Shown here in pieces: positions 63,572 to 64,000 of a DNA stretch of 64,000 nucleotides. The DNA lies in assembly GCA_020429915.1 (NCBI GenBank), contig JAGQKV010000002.1, positions 128,061 through 192,060 of the forward strand, written 5' to 3'. The DNA comes from Candidatus Omnitrophota bacterium. GTDB taxonomy: Bacteria > Omnitrophota > Gorgyraeia > Zapsychrales > Zapsychraceae. Positions within the stretch are counted from its first letter, which is position 1. Every line of letters starts with the position of its first letter. A model generated the notes under the pieces. That model did no database searches, was not told the origin of the DNA, and saw only the letters and a program-made list of their open reading frames with translations. Position numbers and translations under genes: made by a program.

Positions 63572-64000
63572 CTATTGTGCGTATTCGAACATCGCCTCAA
63601 TGCAGCGCCGCGCGCGGTCCATGACCAGAGGATCAATGTGGATCCGGTCGCGCCCGGTTGGTTGGGTGAGGACCCGCTTGATATCTTCCAGCGAGTTCGA
63701 TTTCATGTAGCGGCACAGATTACACGATCCGACCAGCTTTTTGCCGGGCAGTTCGACCTGCAGGCGGCCGGCCAGCCCGCATTCGGTGAGCATCAGGAAC
63801 TCTCCGTCCGGGGCGGTCTTCATGTAATCCAGCAACTGGGCGGTGCTGCCGACGTAATCCGAATTCTTCACGATGTCGTCGTTGCACTCCGGGTGGGCGA
63901 TGATCTTGGCGTTGGGATACTCGGTGCGGACCTTGAAGATTTGTTCGGCGTCATATTCTTCGTGGACGTAGCAGGTGCCGTTGTAGAAGCGGATGTCCTT
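63572..64000 (-). CDS. nadA: Quinolinate synthase A, C-terminal part (gene continues beyond the window end)
   Basis: Translation to the window edge (..FYNGTCYVHEEYDAEQIFKVRTEYPNAKIIAHPEC...LTECGLAG...GSCNLCRYMK) matches the NadA C-terminal domain including cluster cysteines. No start codon inside the window. Confidence 0.85.
   Translation of the reverse strand, partial: KDIRFYNGTCYVHEEYDAEQIFKVRTEYPNAKIIAHPECNDDIVKNSDYVGSTAQLLDYMKTAPDGEFLMLTECGLAGRLQVELPGKKLVGSCNLCRYMKSNSLEDIKRVLTQPTGRDRIHIDPLVMDRARRCIEAMFEYAQ

Noticed and set aside
1-64000. CRISPR arrays, rRNA genes, IS transposases or integrases
   Set aside because: No regularly spaced direct-repeat arrays, no rRNA-like conserved stretches and no transposase or integrase-like ORFs were found. 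The only repeat families seen are the IR pairs flanking the four-helix-bundle genes and the coding tandem repeats in the histone-like gene.

Overview
High-GC (~58-60%) bacterial chromosomal window, almost all genes on the minus strand and tightly packed, with many ATGA/GTGA stop-start overlaps. Layout from start to end: (1) a large type IV pilus/T2SS-like operon (excisionase-type HTH regulator, fused PilM-PilN, PilO, PilP, secretin, PilB ATPase, PilC platform, a pilin, plus a second pilin gene truncated at the window start). Immediately upstream on the same strand sit a PilX-like protein, a Zn-ribbon membrane protein, a TonB-like/ExbD/ExbB set, an 836-aa TPR protein and a GT-C membrane glycosyltransferase with a TPR tail. 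(2) uvrA. (3) A lysine-rich histone-H1-like protein with tandem repeats. (4) nadX-panC-folK, then a lysine pathway (dapL-dapB-dapA-dapF-lysA) directly joined to a complete arginine operon (argH-G-F-D-B-J-C), then rpsI-rplM, truA, asd, an IDH/IMDH-family dehydrogenase, fabF-acpP-fabG, fxsA and a second folK-like gene with folB and a FolM-like SDR. (5) hisK, a second GT-C/TPR paralogue, ispG with two small membrane proteins, and divergently ispH-fdx-moaE::rhodanese-murB. (6) A secreted coiled-coil protein, moaA, and a full suf operon (rrf2-sufB-C-D-S-U). (7) pcd, nfu, lhgO, two tandem CDGSH proteins, an unannotated 4-OT tautomerase, metW-metX and the 3' part of nadA. Most unusual: two paralogous four-helix-bundle (TIGR02436/Avd-like) genes, each flanked by about 32-bp imperfect inverted repeats (IVS-like cassettes), one sitting exactly in the suf promoter region. 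Also notable: the pilus locus with candidate pilin O-glycosyltransferases, a MoaE-rhodanese fusion downstream of ispH-ferredoxin, a candidate sRNA between the two pilin genes, and the histone-like repeat protein. No rRNA, tRNA or CRISPR array was recognised.
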